A stretch of DNA of 64,000 nt, taken from the sequence record MK327931.1. One strand, 5' to 3'. Positions 43,884 to 52,201 of the stretch are shown here, piece after piece. The notes below the pieces were generated by a model that was not told where the DNA came from, did not search any database, and was given only the letters and a program-made list of their open reading frames with translations. How positions within the stretch are numbered: position 1 is the first letter of the stretch; each line of letters opens with the position of its first letter. The translations under genes and the position numbers were made by a program. Source of the DNA: Escherichia phage vB_EcoM_G17.

Positions 43884-43916
43884 ATTATAGCAAAAAGGGC
43901 TGACCGAAGTCAACCC
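43884..43916 (-). promoter_or_regulatory. hybrid terminator/promoter cassette: hairpin GGGTTGAC-ttcg-GTCAGCCC plus T-run whose stem carries -35 TTGACT; -10 TATAAT at 43884-43889 (rc)
   Basis: Read on minus strand; 18 nt spacer; one of about 13 copies of the ctgaccgaagtcaacc element. Confidence 0.6.
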
Positions 43917-43923
43917 TTTTGTT

Positions 43924-45042
43924 TTAGATAATTTGTACTTCACCATAGATCTGCACGATTTGCTTTCCTGGATTCTCTTCAATGAGTTTAAGGAAAGATT
44001 TCAATGCTCCAATATGGTCTTCATAATACGCAATACGAATGAAGTTATATCCATTTTTTATTGCGTATTCTGTTTTGATTTTATCGTGTTTTTTCCTCAT
44101 AAGTCCGTTTCCCCATCCTGATTCACGTTCTTCAAAGTGATTACTACCATCATATTCAAATAACGTATTAATATCACGAATATAAAAATCATATGGAAGT
44201 TTTGATTTATTTTTTAAATCAGGAAATGTTTTCTCTCTTTCAGTAACAAACATTCCTCTCAAAAACTCTTTACAATCATTATGACCAAATGAGTGTGTTT
44301 CTAATTGGGAACAACATCCACACTTTTGTGCTTGTTTACTAGTAAACGCATAATAGTCTTGATTACACTCGTGTCCTTTATCACATATATATTTTACATA
44401 ATAACGACCATTTGATTTCTTGTAAACTTCTTTTAATGTATATCCTAGTTCATTACAGCGTGTGTTAGCAATTGTTTCACGCATTTCAGGTGTTATAAAA
44501 TATCTAACGTTCATTGATGTTTTTGTAATTATATCATTTATTCTTCGTGGTTGTGTAAATCCATCGGAATATGTGAATTTAATATATGACATTATCCCAT
44601 TGTCTAAATGTTCATTTTCATATATATAGCATCCTCTTTCCTCAAGAGAACCCAATTTGGTTACATAGTAATAATAATTTTCATCTGTATAGGTAAATGA
44701 TGGCTTGAATTTATTGTTTGTTATTTTTTCAAGCTTTGTTTTTAAACCAGTTATTTTATAATTATCATACAATACCCCATTATACATAATCAGTAAATTG
44801 TTATTACTATTTCCGTTTTTACCAAACTCACGTGATGATTTAACTGATAATCCAATAATAGTAATATTGTCAATATCTTTGTTTTTTAATTTTGCTTCTA
44901 TGTCATCAACATGATCCTTAGCAGTGAGTCCTTTTGAAACCCTTTTTATATCTTCAGGCTTCATCCATTCAAAACGCATACCAAGTTCTTCATGAAAATA
45001 AACTTTTTCACCATCTTCATTTAAATAATACTGTTCAAACAT
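43924..45042 (-). CDS. putative endonuclease (DUF559/Vsr-like C-terminal motif) in AT-rich island
   Basis: C-terminal FEYDGSNHF...D..K...G.NFIRI resembles the E-x-DG-x-x-H...R/K...G-x-V-R pattern of DUF559-type endonucleases; strongly AT-rich. Confidence 0.45.
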   Translation of the reverse strand: MFEQYYLNEDGEKVYFHEELGMRFEWMKPEDIKRVSKGLTAKDHVDDIEAKLKNKDIDNITIIGLSVKSSREFGKNGNSNNNLLIMYNGVLYDNYKITGLKTKLEKITNNKFKPSFTYTDENYYYYVTKLGSLEERGCYIYENEHLDNGIMSYIKFTYSDGFTQPRRINDIITKTSMNVRYFITPEMRETIANTRCNELGYTLKEVYKKSNGRYYVKYICDKGHECNQDYYAFTSKQAQKCGCCSQLETHSFGHNDCKEFLRGMFVTEREKTFPDLKNKSKLPYDFYIRDINTLFEYDGSNHFEERESGWGNGLMRKKHDKIKTEYAIKNGYNFIRIAYYEDHIGALKSFLKLIEENPGKQIVQIYGEVQII

Positions 45043-45271
45043 TACTTAATACTCCTTTCCAGTACTGAACCCGTCCAGCACCATTAATCTTAGCTTTAAT
45101 CTTATCTTTTTCGACAAGACCTTCTTTGAAATCGATGGAAGTATTATCGCACTGAATTACATCTAAGTCAAGTACTTCTTGTGTACTTAATGAAGTATTA
45201 TCTGCAATTTGTTGTAAAGTAATTACATCAGTACCGAAGAATTCAGCTAATCGTATAAAAGATAGTTTCAT
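45035..45271 (-). CDS. hypothetical protein (78 aa)
   Basis: Track ORF; 8-nt overlap with downstream gene. Confidence 0.5.
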   Translation of the reverse strand: MKLSFIRLAEFFGTDVITLQQIADNTSLSTQEVLDLDVIQCDNTSIDFKEGLVEKDKIKAKINGAGRVQYWKGVLSNV

Positions 45272-45336
45272 TTGTTACCTCTTGTGTTGATGAAATAATT
45301 ATAGCAAAAAGGGCTGACCGAAGTCAACCCTTTATG

Positions 45337-45696
45337 TTATTCTAATTCACTCATAGTACTAATAGTTAATCCCATTTCTTCTGCAATGTTGCATAACATA
45401 CCAACTGCATTACGAAGAATATCAGTGTTGTCCACCGATAATGATGAGTTTTCATTTACAGTTGAAGACTCAATGTAGTACTCAAAATAACGAGAAGTTG
45501 AACGCACAACTTTAACACCTTCATAGTTCTGTAGTTCAGAGTTGATACGCTCGATGAGCGAATCTTCCAGTACTCGATAGTCACCATTCATTCCACGTTT
45601 CCATCCATCAGCAGGACGGAAATAAAAAGTTTTTGTACGTTGAATTGTTGAGATTGTTAGTGGGTTGTATTCTGCGATTTCACTTAAAGATGCCAT
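45337..45696 (-). CDS. hypothetical protein (119 aa)
   Basis: Track ORF; terminator/promoter cassette at 45300-45333. Confidence 0.55.
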   Translation of the reverse strand: MASLSEIAEYNPLTISTIQRTKTFYFRPADGWKRGMNGDYRVLEDSLIERINSELQNYEGVKVVRSTSRYFEYYIESSTVNENSSLSVDNTDILRNAVGMLCNIAEEMGLTISTMSELE

Positions 45697-45802
45697 GTTG
45701 TATTCCTCATTTGGTGATGTACATAATACAGAAAGATAGAACAGGTGTCAATGTTTATATATCAAATATCCAAATACTTTGGTGTATCACATACTACATC
45801 AA

Positions 45803-45997
45803 CTAATCCTCGCTGAAGACAACAAGAAGGAATGACACGAACAATGCCGCATAACAAGGAGCTATCTTCATGTACCACGGGACTTCATAATACCATGTAC
45901 CTAATTCATCCCACGAAAAGAGTATACTCAAACCGAAGCCGATTAGCGATAGTACAATAAAAGAAATCCAGAAACGCGTTGAATATACTAATAACAT
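45803..45997 (-). CDS. small membrane protein (64 aa)
   Basis: Hydrophobic (FWISFIVLSLIGFGLSILF...). Confidence 0.5.
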   Translation of the reverse strand: MLLVYSTRFWISFIVLSLIGFGLSILFSWDELGTWYYEVPWYMKIAPCYAALFVSFLLVVFSED

Positions 45998-46035
45998 GTT
46001 ATGTTCCTTTGTGTAACCGAAGTCAACCCTTTCCT

Positions 46036-46551
46036 TTAATAATTATTCATTTCATCTTTGATTTGTTCTTCAATTTCGTCGAACATATCAGTACTAGATT
46101 CGTTCTTACTACTTACGTTCTGCATATCTTTAACGTACTGTGGACATTCAACATCAGTAAACTTATACCACGTAGGCTTCATCTGGAGCTTCTCAATCAA
46201 ACGATCACGAGACATTTTAATCTCTGACTCCGTTGGTACGTAGTCATTACAAAACTCAGTAGGGAAGCCGCTAATGTCGTTTACTTCAGTGTTTTGAATC
46301 TTCATACCACGACGCAGACATTCGTTGACAATATCAATATGACGCTTCTGTAAGTACAATAACTTGTCGTAAAAGAATGTCACATGACCTGAACCTAACA
46401 GATAAGTACTATTAATTTTGAAATCACGTACACGCTTACGTGCTTGAACGTGTTTTTGTACAGCACCAAATACACGTGGGAGTTCACGATATTCAGCCAT
46501 CAGATGTTGGTCAGCAAGTTCTTTAACGTGTACTAAGTTAATGCGTGTCAT
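46036..46551 (-). CDS. denV: pyrimidine-dimer DNA glycosylase (T4 endonuclease V-like)
   Basis: Long colinear identity to T4 DenV as recalled from memory: [30 protein letters not shown]...KRVRDFKI....[12 protein letters not shown]...KR.I......CL.RG..I..T.V.DIS..P.EF..DY.P.E..I......RL.EK....PTWYK. Confidence 0.85.
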   Translation of the reverse strand: MTRINLVHVKELADQHLMAEYRELPRVFGAVQKHVQARKRVRDFKINSTYLLGSGHVTFFYDKLLYLQKRHIDIVNECLRRGMKIQNTEVNDISGFPTEFCNDYVPTESEIKMSRDRLIEKLQMKPTWYKFTDVECPQYVKDMQNVSSKNESSTDMFDEIEEQIKDEMNNY

Positions 46552-46618
46552 GTATTCATCCTCTCGTCTTGATGAAATAATTATAGCAAAAAGGGCTGAC
46601 CGAAGTCAACCCTTTTCT

Positions 46619-46888
46619 TTATTCAATGATCCCCAACTTCACAATCTCATACCCGTCCAGATAGCCGTAGGAACACTCAGGTGTTTCATAAGATGAACCA
46701 TCATGGATGCCCTGGCATTGACTTTTGGAATTCTCAAGCAATCGTTGCAGTACTGATACGTCATCAAGAACGTAATACAAGTTAGCATATAGGTCAGTTA
46801 CAATACAGTACTCCAACATATCAAATGTATCAATCGAAATTTCAACCTTAGCAAATCGTTTCTTTTCTTTATTATACAGTGCGTACAT
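46619..46888 (-). CDS. hypothetical protein (89 aa)
   Basis: Track ORF 46619..46906 trimmed to MYALYNK, placing the ATG just after the stop of the upstream kinase-like gene. Confidence 0.45.
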   Translation of the reverse strand: MYALYNKEKKRFAKVEISIDTFDMLEYCIVTDLYANLYYVLDDVSVLQRLLENSKSQCQGIHDGSSYETPECSYGYLDGYEIVKLGIIE

Positions 46889-46889
46889 A

Positions 46890-47261
46890 TTAATCTCCAT
46901 AATCAAGTTTAACTAACTTACCACCCAGATACCCAAAGTTTTCTGGCTTCGCATCTGAATAGAAGAAGTCAGTACTTAACTCTGAATTCAATGCTAAAGC
47001 ACACAACTCCACCCAAAATAAACCCCTATGTTGAACTGGCTTACAACGTTTCTGTACAGTTACTAGTCCAGTACATGATGACCACAACGTAGGACAGATA
47101 CTACTATCACTACGATTGGAGTACTGCATCCACGAACGTTCATTGAGGTTAGCTATCATCCCTGTTAAGAATAGCTTCCAACTTTTAAAGGTTGGAATCT
47201 TGATAGCATATTCCCCAATGAGGATAACAGTTCGTGTTGCACCTTTCAAATCTATATTCAT
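46890..47261 (-). CDS. minimal protein-kinase-like protein, paralog of 4249..4833
   Basis: VILIGEYAIKIP (lysine), SDAKPENFG (catalytic-loop-like), KLVKLDYGD (DFG-like); LST...D.K.(Q/E)N.G....G(L/K)(I/L)VK(V/L)LDYG shared with 4249..4833. Confidence 0.5.
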   Translation of the reverse strand: MNIDLKGATRTVILIGEYAIKIPTFKSWKLFLTGMIANLNERSWMQYSNRSDSSICPTLWSSCTGLVTVQKRCKPVQHRGLFWVELCALALNSELSTDFFYSDAKPENFGYLGGKLVKLDYGD

Positions 47262-47269
47262 ATTTTTAA

Positions 47270-47521
47270 TTAGAAGAACACAAACCAAGTCCAGAACAAA
47301 TTCCACATTACAAATAAAGACATAGTGGTTTTATGTACAATATCAGCAGTACTGGTCCATCCTCCACCGTGTCCTATTCCATTTATGAATAGAACTAAGA
47401 ACAAGATACCATTTACTACAATAGTACATACTAAGTACACAAATACATTCCATGCAAGTCCAGGGGATACTAAAGTAAATGGTAAAACTATTAGTAGTAT
47501 TAGAACTAATAATATTTTCAT
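47270..47521 (-). CDS. small membrane protein (83 aa)
   Basis: Hydrophobic. Confidence 0.5.
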   Translation of the reverse strand: MKILLVLILLIVLPFTLVSPGLAWNVFVYLVCTIVVNGILFLVLFINGIGHGGGWTSTADIVHKTTMSLFVMWNLFWTWFVFF

Positions 47522-47560
47522 TTATCGCCTCACTTAATTAACGTGACATATCACGTAATA

Positions 47561-47737
47561 TTAGTACGAATCAGATTCCCAGTACTCGATTGCTTCTTTC
47601 AGCAATTCTTTAGCACGTTGTTTTGCAATGCGAGCGGGGAACTGATATGTGTACATTAACTGACGCTTCACTTCATTCAGTGAAAGCTGTTCATGGTACA
47701 GTGCATCCATCAGTCGATTACGAGTACGTAGTTTCAT
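47561..47737 (-). CDS. hypothetical small protein (58 aa)
   Basis: Hand-translated (MKLRTRNRLMDALYHEQ...); AAGGA SD. Confidence 0.4.
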   Translation of the reverse strand: MKLRTRNRLMDALYHEQLSLNEVKRQLMYTYQFPARIAKQRAKELLKEAIEYWESDSY

Positions 47738-47748
47738 ATAAGTTATCC

Positions 47749-48303
47749 TTATTTCAAAGAATCATAGTAAGCAGTGTCAAAGATTGGAGTCATAATAACA
47801 TAGTCAATACGGTCAATGTAAGTTGAACTCCACATTTCTGGTTTGTCATATAACTGACGCTCGCGTTCATTCATACGAGTCAGTACTTCTTCCAATTTAC
47901 TACGTGAATCCATCAATGTATTACTCGAACCATAAGTGAAGTACTCAGTCCAATGATATTCATATTCAGTACTGATAGATTGAATAGTACCATCTTTGAA
48001 ATGAGCTAAGGCATAACCTTTCTCTACAAAGTTATCAGGTGGAAGAACACCATCTGGATTAGTTTTCAATGCTTGTGCTAACTTTTCTTTAATTTCATTT
48101 AACGTGCATACTGAACGAATGTTCTTCAGGTTTGATACTTGAAAATCACTGTACTTTCCAAAGAAAAAGACACGCCAATCTTTAGGTTCATTATCAGATA
48201 CGGTAGCATCAGGGTGATGGGCGAGTAAACGAAGAAGGCCAGCTTTGTGACCGTTAATGTAGATTTCATGGATGTGGTTAGCAGTTTTCTTAAAAGTAAT
48301 CAT
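47749..48303 (-). CDS. hypothetical protein (184 aa)
   Basis: Track ORF; consensus promoter plus hairpin GGGATGA-N5-TCATCCC upstream (48305-48380). Confidence 0.6.
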   Translation of the reverse strand: MITFKKTANHIHEIYINGHKAGLLRLLAHHPDATVSDNEPKDWRVFFFGKYSDFQVSNLKNIRSVCTLNEIKEKLAQALKTNPDGVLPPDNFVEKGYALAHFKDGTIQSISTEYEYHWTEYFTYGSSNTLMDSRSKLEEVLTRMNERERQLYDKPEMWSSTYIDRIDYVIMTPIFDTAYYDSLK

Positions 48304-48379
48304 GGTAGTTCCTCGATTGTAGGGATGAGAAGTTCATCCCCTTGATAAGCATTATACAGTACTGAATGTGTTTGTCAAC

Positions 48380-48760
48380 TCAAAATAAATTCATTTCATG
48401 TGCGTATTGTGGTTCAAGATAAGATAAGTTTTTGAAACTGTCTTTCAATTCTGCATCATCTACGTACACAGTACCAGGTACATTCCCCATAGTGAAGCCA
48501 ACCCAAACAGTCATGTTTCCAGTTCCTAAGCGGGGCATTGATAGCGTCCCGTCAGGTGAAACATCAAACGCTACACTAAAGTCATCCGTTACAACTTCCG
48601 AACCATTTTCCAGAATAATACAACCACGTTCTTTAAGCTTCTGAATGTGGATAGAAGCCTCTACTGCACGTTTAAAGTTATAGTAAGACTCTTTATCCTC
48701 AAACATAGATTGTTTAACCAGACGCTTGTTTAGCTCGGTTACTTTGTACATTTGTCGCAT
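48380..48760 (-). CDS. hypothetical protein (126 aa)
   Basis: Track ORF 48380..48775 trimmed to MRQMYK (TAATG junction). Confidence 0.55.
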   Translation of the reverse strand: MRQMYKVTELNKRLVKQSMFEDKESYYNFKRAVEASIHIQKLKERGCIILENGSEVVTDDFSVAFDVSPDGTLSMPRLGTGNMTVWVGFTMGNVPGTVYVDDAELKDSFKNLSYLEPQYAHEMNLF

Positions 48761-49014
48761 TACTTCAACTCCCACAGTTGTAGAATTTCATAAGAGCCTG
48801 GTGGTGCTGGATTGATAATCTCAGGGTATTCAGTACTGTTAGGATTACCACCAGCATTGAACTCAGCAAGTAATAATTCGAGTTCATTCCTATCATGTAC
48901 AACAAACACGCAATATCCAGTTCCTTCTTCAAGAACTGTAGTTGACCCCGCACAATCCCATACGGTATCAATACATAATAATTCTTTAGTGTTTTTATTA
49001 CGCAACGCAAACAT
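48760..49014 (-). CDS. hypothetical protein (84 aa)
   Basis: Track ORF. Confidence 0.5.
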   Translation of the reverse strand: MFALRNKNTKELLCIDTVWDCAGSTTVLEEGTGYCVFVVHDRNELELLLAEFNAGGNPNSTEYPEIINPAPPGSYEILQLWELK

Positions 49015-49023
49015 ATTTGTCTC

Positions 49024-49368
49024 CTATCGATTCGGCATATTCTTTCGTAGTCGCAAGAGAAATTCAACCACTGACCATGTTGTAATGAAGGCAATATAAG
49101 TTGCAAGGAATCCAGTAAGAATAAATGCAACCAGCGTACTACCATTTGGGGAATCAGTTTTAATGCCGATGACACCATCGGCTACAGTGAAACATGTAGC
49201 CATTAATGTGTAACCTACGTACAACACAAAGAAAAACTCATTCTCCATTGAAGGATAGAAACGGTTAAACACTTTATAAAATTTAAAGTACAGTAGGATT
49301 ATACCAACAAAGGCATAGAATGTAAACAGTGTTGTTATAATATATGAGATTAGGTTCAAATTATACAT
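49024..49368 (-). CDS. small membrane protein, paralog of 49370..49717 and 49721..50059
   Basis: Shared motif (Y/F)FK(F/Y)(Y/K)..FNR(F/M)YP; hydrophobic; start trimmed to MYNLNL. Confidence 0.55.
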   Translation of the reverse strand: MYNLNLISYIITTLFTFYAFVGIILLYFKFYKVFNRFYPSMENEFFFVLYVGYTLMATCFTVADGVIGIKTDSPNGSTLVAFILTGFLATYIAFITTWSVVEFLLRLRKNMPNR

Positions 49369-49369
49369 A

Positions 49370-49717
49370 TCAACGCTCCGGTAGATTATCACGTAATGTT
49401 TTAATTCGATGATACATTTTCATACCAATATTACCAAAGATACCATATCCAAGTACTAAAATGTATGCGATAAGCATAGTAATAATTACTATAGTACCAA
49501 AACTATAATGTACACTACTGATACCCATTGTAGTTTCAACGATTATTTGAGAAACTGAAAGAATCAAAAGTACAACTACAATTGGATGATTTGGGTACAT
49601 TCGGTTGAACAACGTTTTGTACTTAAAGAAGCACAGTACTCCACCAAATAAGAAGTAAACAATGTAAATGCAAGCAACAGCATAGGCAAACATGTTAGTG
49701 TAATAAATCATTACCAA
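49370..49717 (-). CDS. small membrane protein, paralog
   Basis: FFKYKTLFNRMYP motif; hydrophobic. Confidence 0.55.
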   Translation of the reverse strand: MVMIYYTNMFAYAVACIYIVYFLFGGVLCFFKYKTLFNRMYPNHPIVVVLLILSVSQIIVETTMGISSVHYSFGTIVIITMLIAYILVLGYGIFGNIGMKMYHRIKTLRDNLPER

Positions 49718-49720
49718 TCC

Positions 49721-50059
49721 TTACTTTTCAGGGATATTAGAACGCCATATATCAATGCGATGAACTAGTCCAAAGAACAACCATACTGGAACGGCAGCTA
49801 TCATAACAACAAATGAAAACCCAGTCAAGACCGATACCAGATTTAATTCATCAGTACTATACCCACATATCAGTACTTCTAATATTCCCCACGTACATGC
49901 ACAAAACATCAAGAATGAAATTGGGGCATCATAGTAGATACGTTCATATAAAGTAGTGTATCGGAAGAATGCAATAATGTAGCAAAACATATAATACACC
50001 CAAACCAAAGATACTACATAAAATGATACTTTGTTTATTAATTCAAAATATTGTTCCAT
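49721..50059 (-). CDS. small membrane protein, paralog
   Basis: FFRYTTLYERIYY motif; hydrophobic. Confidence 0.55.
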   Translation of the reverse strand: MEQYFELINKVSFYVVSLVWVYYMFCYIIAFFRYTTLYERIYYDAPISFLMFCACTWGILEVLICGYSTDELNLVSVLTGFSFVVMIAAVPVWLFFGLVHRIDIWRSNIPEK

Positions 50060-50061
50060 TT

Positions 50062-50343
50062 TTACCCCAATATATATTCAGAGAGTAATGTATTAGCTTC
50101 ATCTTTGTTCTTAAGGTAATACATGTAATATAGATTCGGTTCACCATCTTTAGCACTCAAATCGAAGTACTTTAAACTATGTACTTTCATAGTAAAAACA
50201 AATAATGACTTAAAACCAATCTCACCGTACTTAATAAACAGTTCATCCAAATGAATGTAACTTTTTGATTTGGATAATTCTTTAACGTCTGCATCAATTT
50301 CAGATAAAAGATGCTTACCTATTAAGTTTTCAAATGAACGCAT
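50062..50343 (-). CDS. hypothetical protein (93 aa)
   Basis: Track ORF. Confidence 0.5.
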   Translation of the reverse strand: MRSFENLIGKHLLSEIDADVKELSKSKSYIHLDELFIKYGEIGFKSLFVFTMKVHSLKYFDLSAKDGEPNLYYMYYLKNKDEANTLLSEYILG

Positions 50344-50404
50344 GATTTTATCCTTTACCGCAATTTTTATGGTTTATTAAGAATACATCAGAACATCAGT
50401 TCTG

Positions 50405-51046
50405 TCAATAAAAAACTGGATCTTCTTCAGTAATTGGTATTTCTCTACGCACATCACACGAAAGAGGATCAGTAATGAATACATTCCCATCTTTATCCAT
50501 CATCACATTACTTGAATGAATGTCTGGTACAAAACGCCCGTGAAACTCTTTCATGATGTTAGCAGCGACCGTTGCAATAGCAATCTCTTCAGAATTTCCA
50601 CGCATATCATTCACTGAAGTTGCGTACTGACCAGCATGTGCATACGAATACAAATCTCCAATTTTAGTACTAACAAAGTCATCATAATTATTTTTTTGTT
50701 TAATTATAGGATAGTACTTGTCCATCTCATACCATCCAAAGTTTCCTTGTTCGTTTGCACTGTAGATCACAGGAAGAAACTTGGTTCCTGCGTTTTCAAT
50801 GCAGTACTTTGCATAAGCACGAAAACCATCCCAGCGTGAAGTGGTTACTTTAAATGCACTTCCAGGATAGTTTTTATGTTCAACTACTACAGAGTACATC
50901 CCCATTCCAAGCAAAGTAAGTCCAGCAGCTTTAACTTGTGGAAAGATTACGCGTTCAGCATAAGGAATATCAAACTCCATCGCACAACGAGTTTTTGATG
51001 GACGCAAAATGTCAATTAAAGTTTTGAATATTTCTTGCTTAGTCAT
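50405..51046 (-). CDS. protein-kinase-like fold protein (213 aa)
   Basis: LLGMGMYSVVV (Gly-rich loop), AFKV lysine, PDIHSSNVMMDKDGNVFITDP (D-x-H-x-x-N then D); start trimmed to MTKQEIF because upstream ATGs lie in the predicted -10 box. Confidence 0.5.
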   Translation of the reverse strand: MTKQEIFKTLIDILRPSKTRCAMEFDIPYAERVIFPQVKAAGLTLLGMGMYSVVVEHKNYPGSAFKVTTSRWDGFRAYAKYCIENAGTKFLPVIYSANEQGNFGWYEMDKYYPIIKQKNNYDDFVSTKIGDLYSYAHAGQYATSVNDMRGNSEEIAIATVAANIMKEFHGRFVPDIHSSNVMMDKDGNVFITDPLSCDVRREIPITEEDPVFY

Positions 51047-51115
51047 TACTTTATCCTCTGTAGTTAATACCAACATCATAACAAAAAAGGCTGACCGAAG
51101 TCAACCCTTTTATTA

Positions 51116-51535
51116 TCATTTACAGTTTTCTATAACTATTGCACGTTTTAGTATTTTACTTTCATAAACATACTTAAGATGACCTTCTTCACGAATACGA
51201 TTGAACACATATCCTAGTTTATCTTTTAGTACTGAAGCGGTATCAATGTCAAGATTAACTTCAACCCCTCCTGTTAATTTAACTTTATATGTAAAGCTAA
51301 AAGCATCACCAGATTCAACCAATGGGACTACTTGTTCATACGTATTCAACATAACTCGTTCATCATTAACTAAATTATATATTACTATATCACAAGTTTT
51401 TACCCCAATTTCCTCTAAGGTAGGAGCATTGTCTACTATAACATCTTTTACTGTATTAGCAACCTGTTTAGCATCTGCTGCATATACATTAAAACTAAAA
51501 AGTACTAAAATAATACTTAAAAAAATCTTTTTCAT
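51116..51535 (-). CDS. secreted protein (signal peptide), 139 aa
   Basis: N-terminus MKKIFLSIILVLFSFNVYAADAK. Confidence 0.55.
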   Translation of the reverse strand: MKKIFLSIILVLFSFNVYAADAKQVANTVKDVIVDNAPTLEEIGVKTCDIVIYNLVNDERVMLNTYEQVVPLVESGDAFSFTYKVKLTGGVEVNLDIDTASVLKDKLGYVFNRIREEGHLKYVYESKILKRAIVIENCK

Positions 51536-51544
51536 TATATATCC

Positions 51545-51874
51545 TTATTTTATTTTACACGTCATATCGGGTTGTGCTGGTTTATTATTTTTAAACGGAT
51601 TAGGTTTTTTATCTTTCTTTTTATCTTTTAAAGGTTTTTTGTCTTCTTTTTTATCTTTATCTTTGTCTTTTTTATTTTTATCAGGTTCAGAGGGAGTATT
51701 ACATTGTGCTGGGGGTTGATTAGTTGGAGTACAGCTATTGTCTGATGGGAGTATTACTTCTTTACAATTGTAAAATAGTAAACTTTTATTTGTGGTTAAA
51801 TTATGAAAACGATAGTTACGTTCATTATTATAATAAATTGTTTTAGTACTTTCAATGTCATTACACATTGCCAC
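51545..51874 (-). CDS. hypothetical protein with Lys/Asp-rich C-terminal tract
   Basis: Track ORF; KNKKDKDKDKKEDKKPLKDKKKDKK low-complexity tail. Confidence 0.45.
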   Translation of the reverse strand: MAMCNDIESTKTIYYNNERNYRFHNLTTNKSLLFYNCKEVILPSDNSCTPTNQPPAQCNTPSEPDKNKKDKDKDKKEDKKPLKDKKKDKKPNPFKNNKPAQPDMTCKIK

Positions 51875-51878
51875 GGAA

Positions 51879-52130
51879 TCACCGAAACTCTTTTTCTATT
51901 CCCATTACATCAGTCTTACGCTCAGATAGTATACCTGAAGTATATGAATCTTTGTTGTCAAACGCATTAAATCCAATAGTTCTGTCGGTGTCGTGTATTA
52001 TTCCTTTTGTGTATGAGGTAGTATAGAACTCCCCATTTCTGAAATCCTGCCTTGCTACGGAGCAATGATAATCTGCACCATAAGCAGTACTGGAAAATAA
52101 TACAATTCCAAATATAATATATTTTTTCAT
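51879..52130 (-). CDS. secreted protein (signal peptide), 83 aa
   Basis: Track ORF 51879..52205 trimmed to MKKYIIFGIVLFSSTAYGADY; GAGGGA SD. Confidence 0.5.
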   Translation of the reverse strand: MKKYIIFGIVLFSSTAYGADYHCSVARQDFRNGEFYTTSYTKGIIHDTDRTIGFNAFDNKDSYTSGILSERKTDVMGIEKEFR

Positions 52131-52201
52131 TGTAATCCCTCTTCTTAATTCCTCTTTTGTATTTACAAAAAAAGGCTGACCGAAGTCAACCTTTAGTTTT
52201 A

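Noticed and set aside
48765-49178. ORFs 48765..49178 (-) and 48812..49099 (+)
   Set aside because: They overlap the better-supported 48760..49014 and 49024..49368 genes in other frames; not reported.
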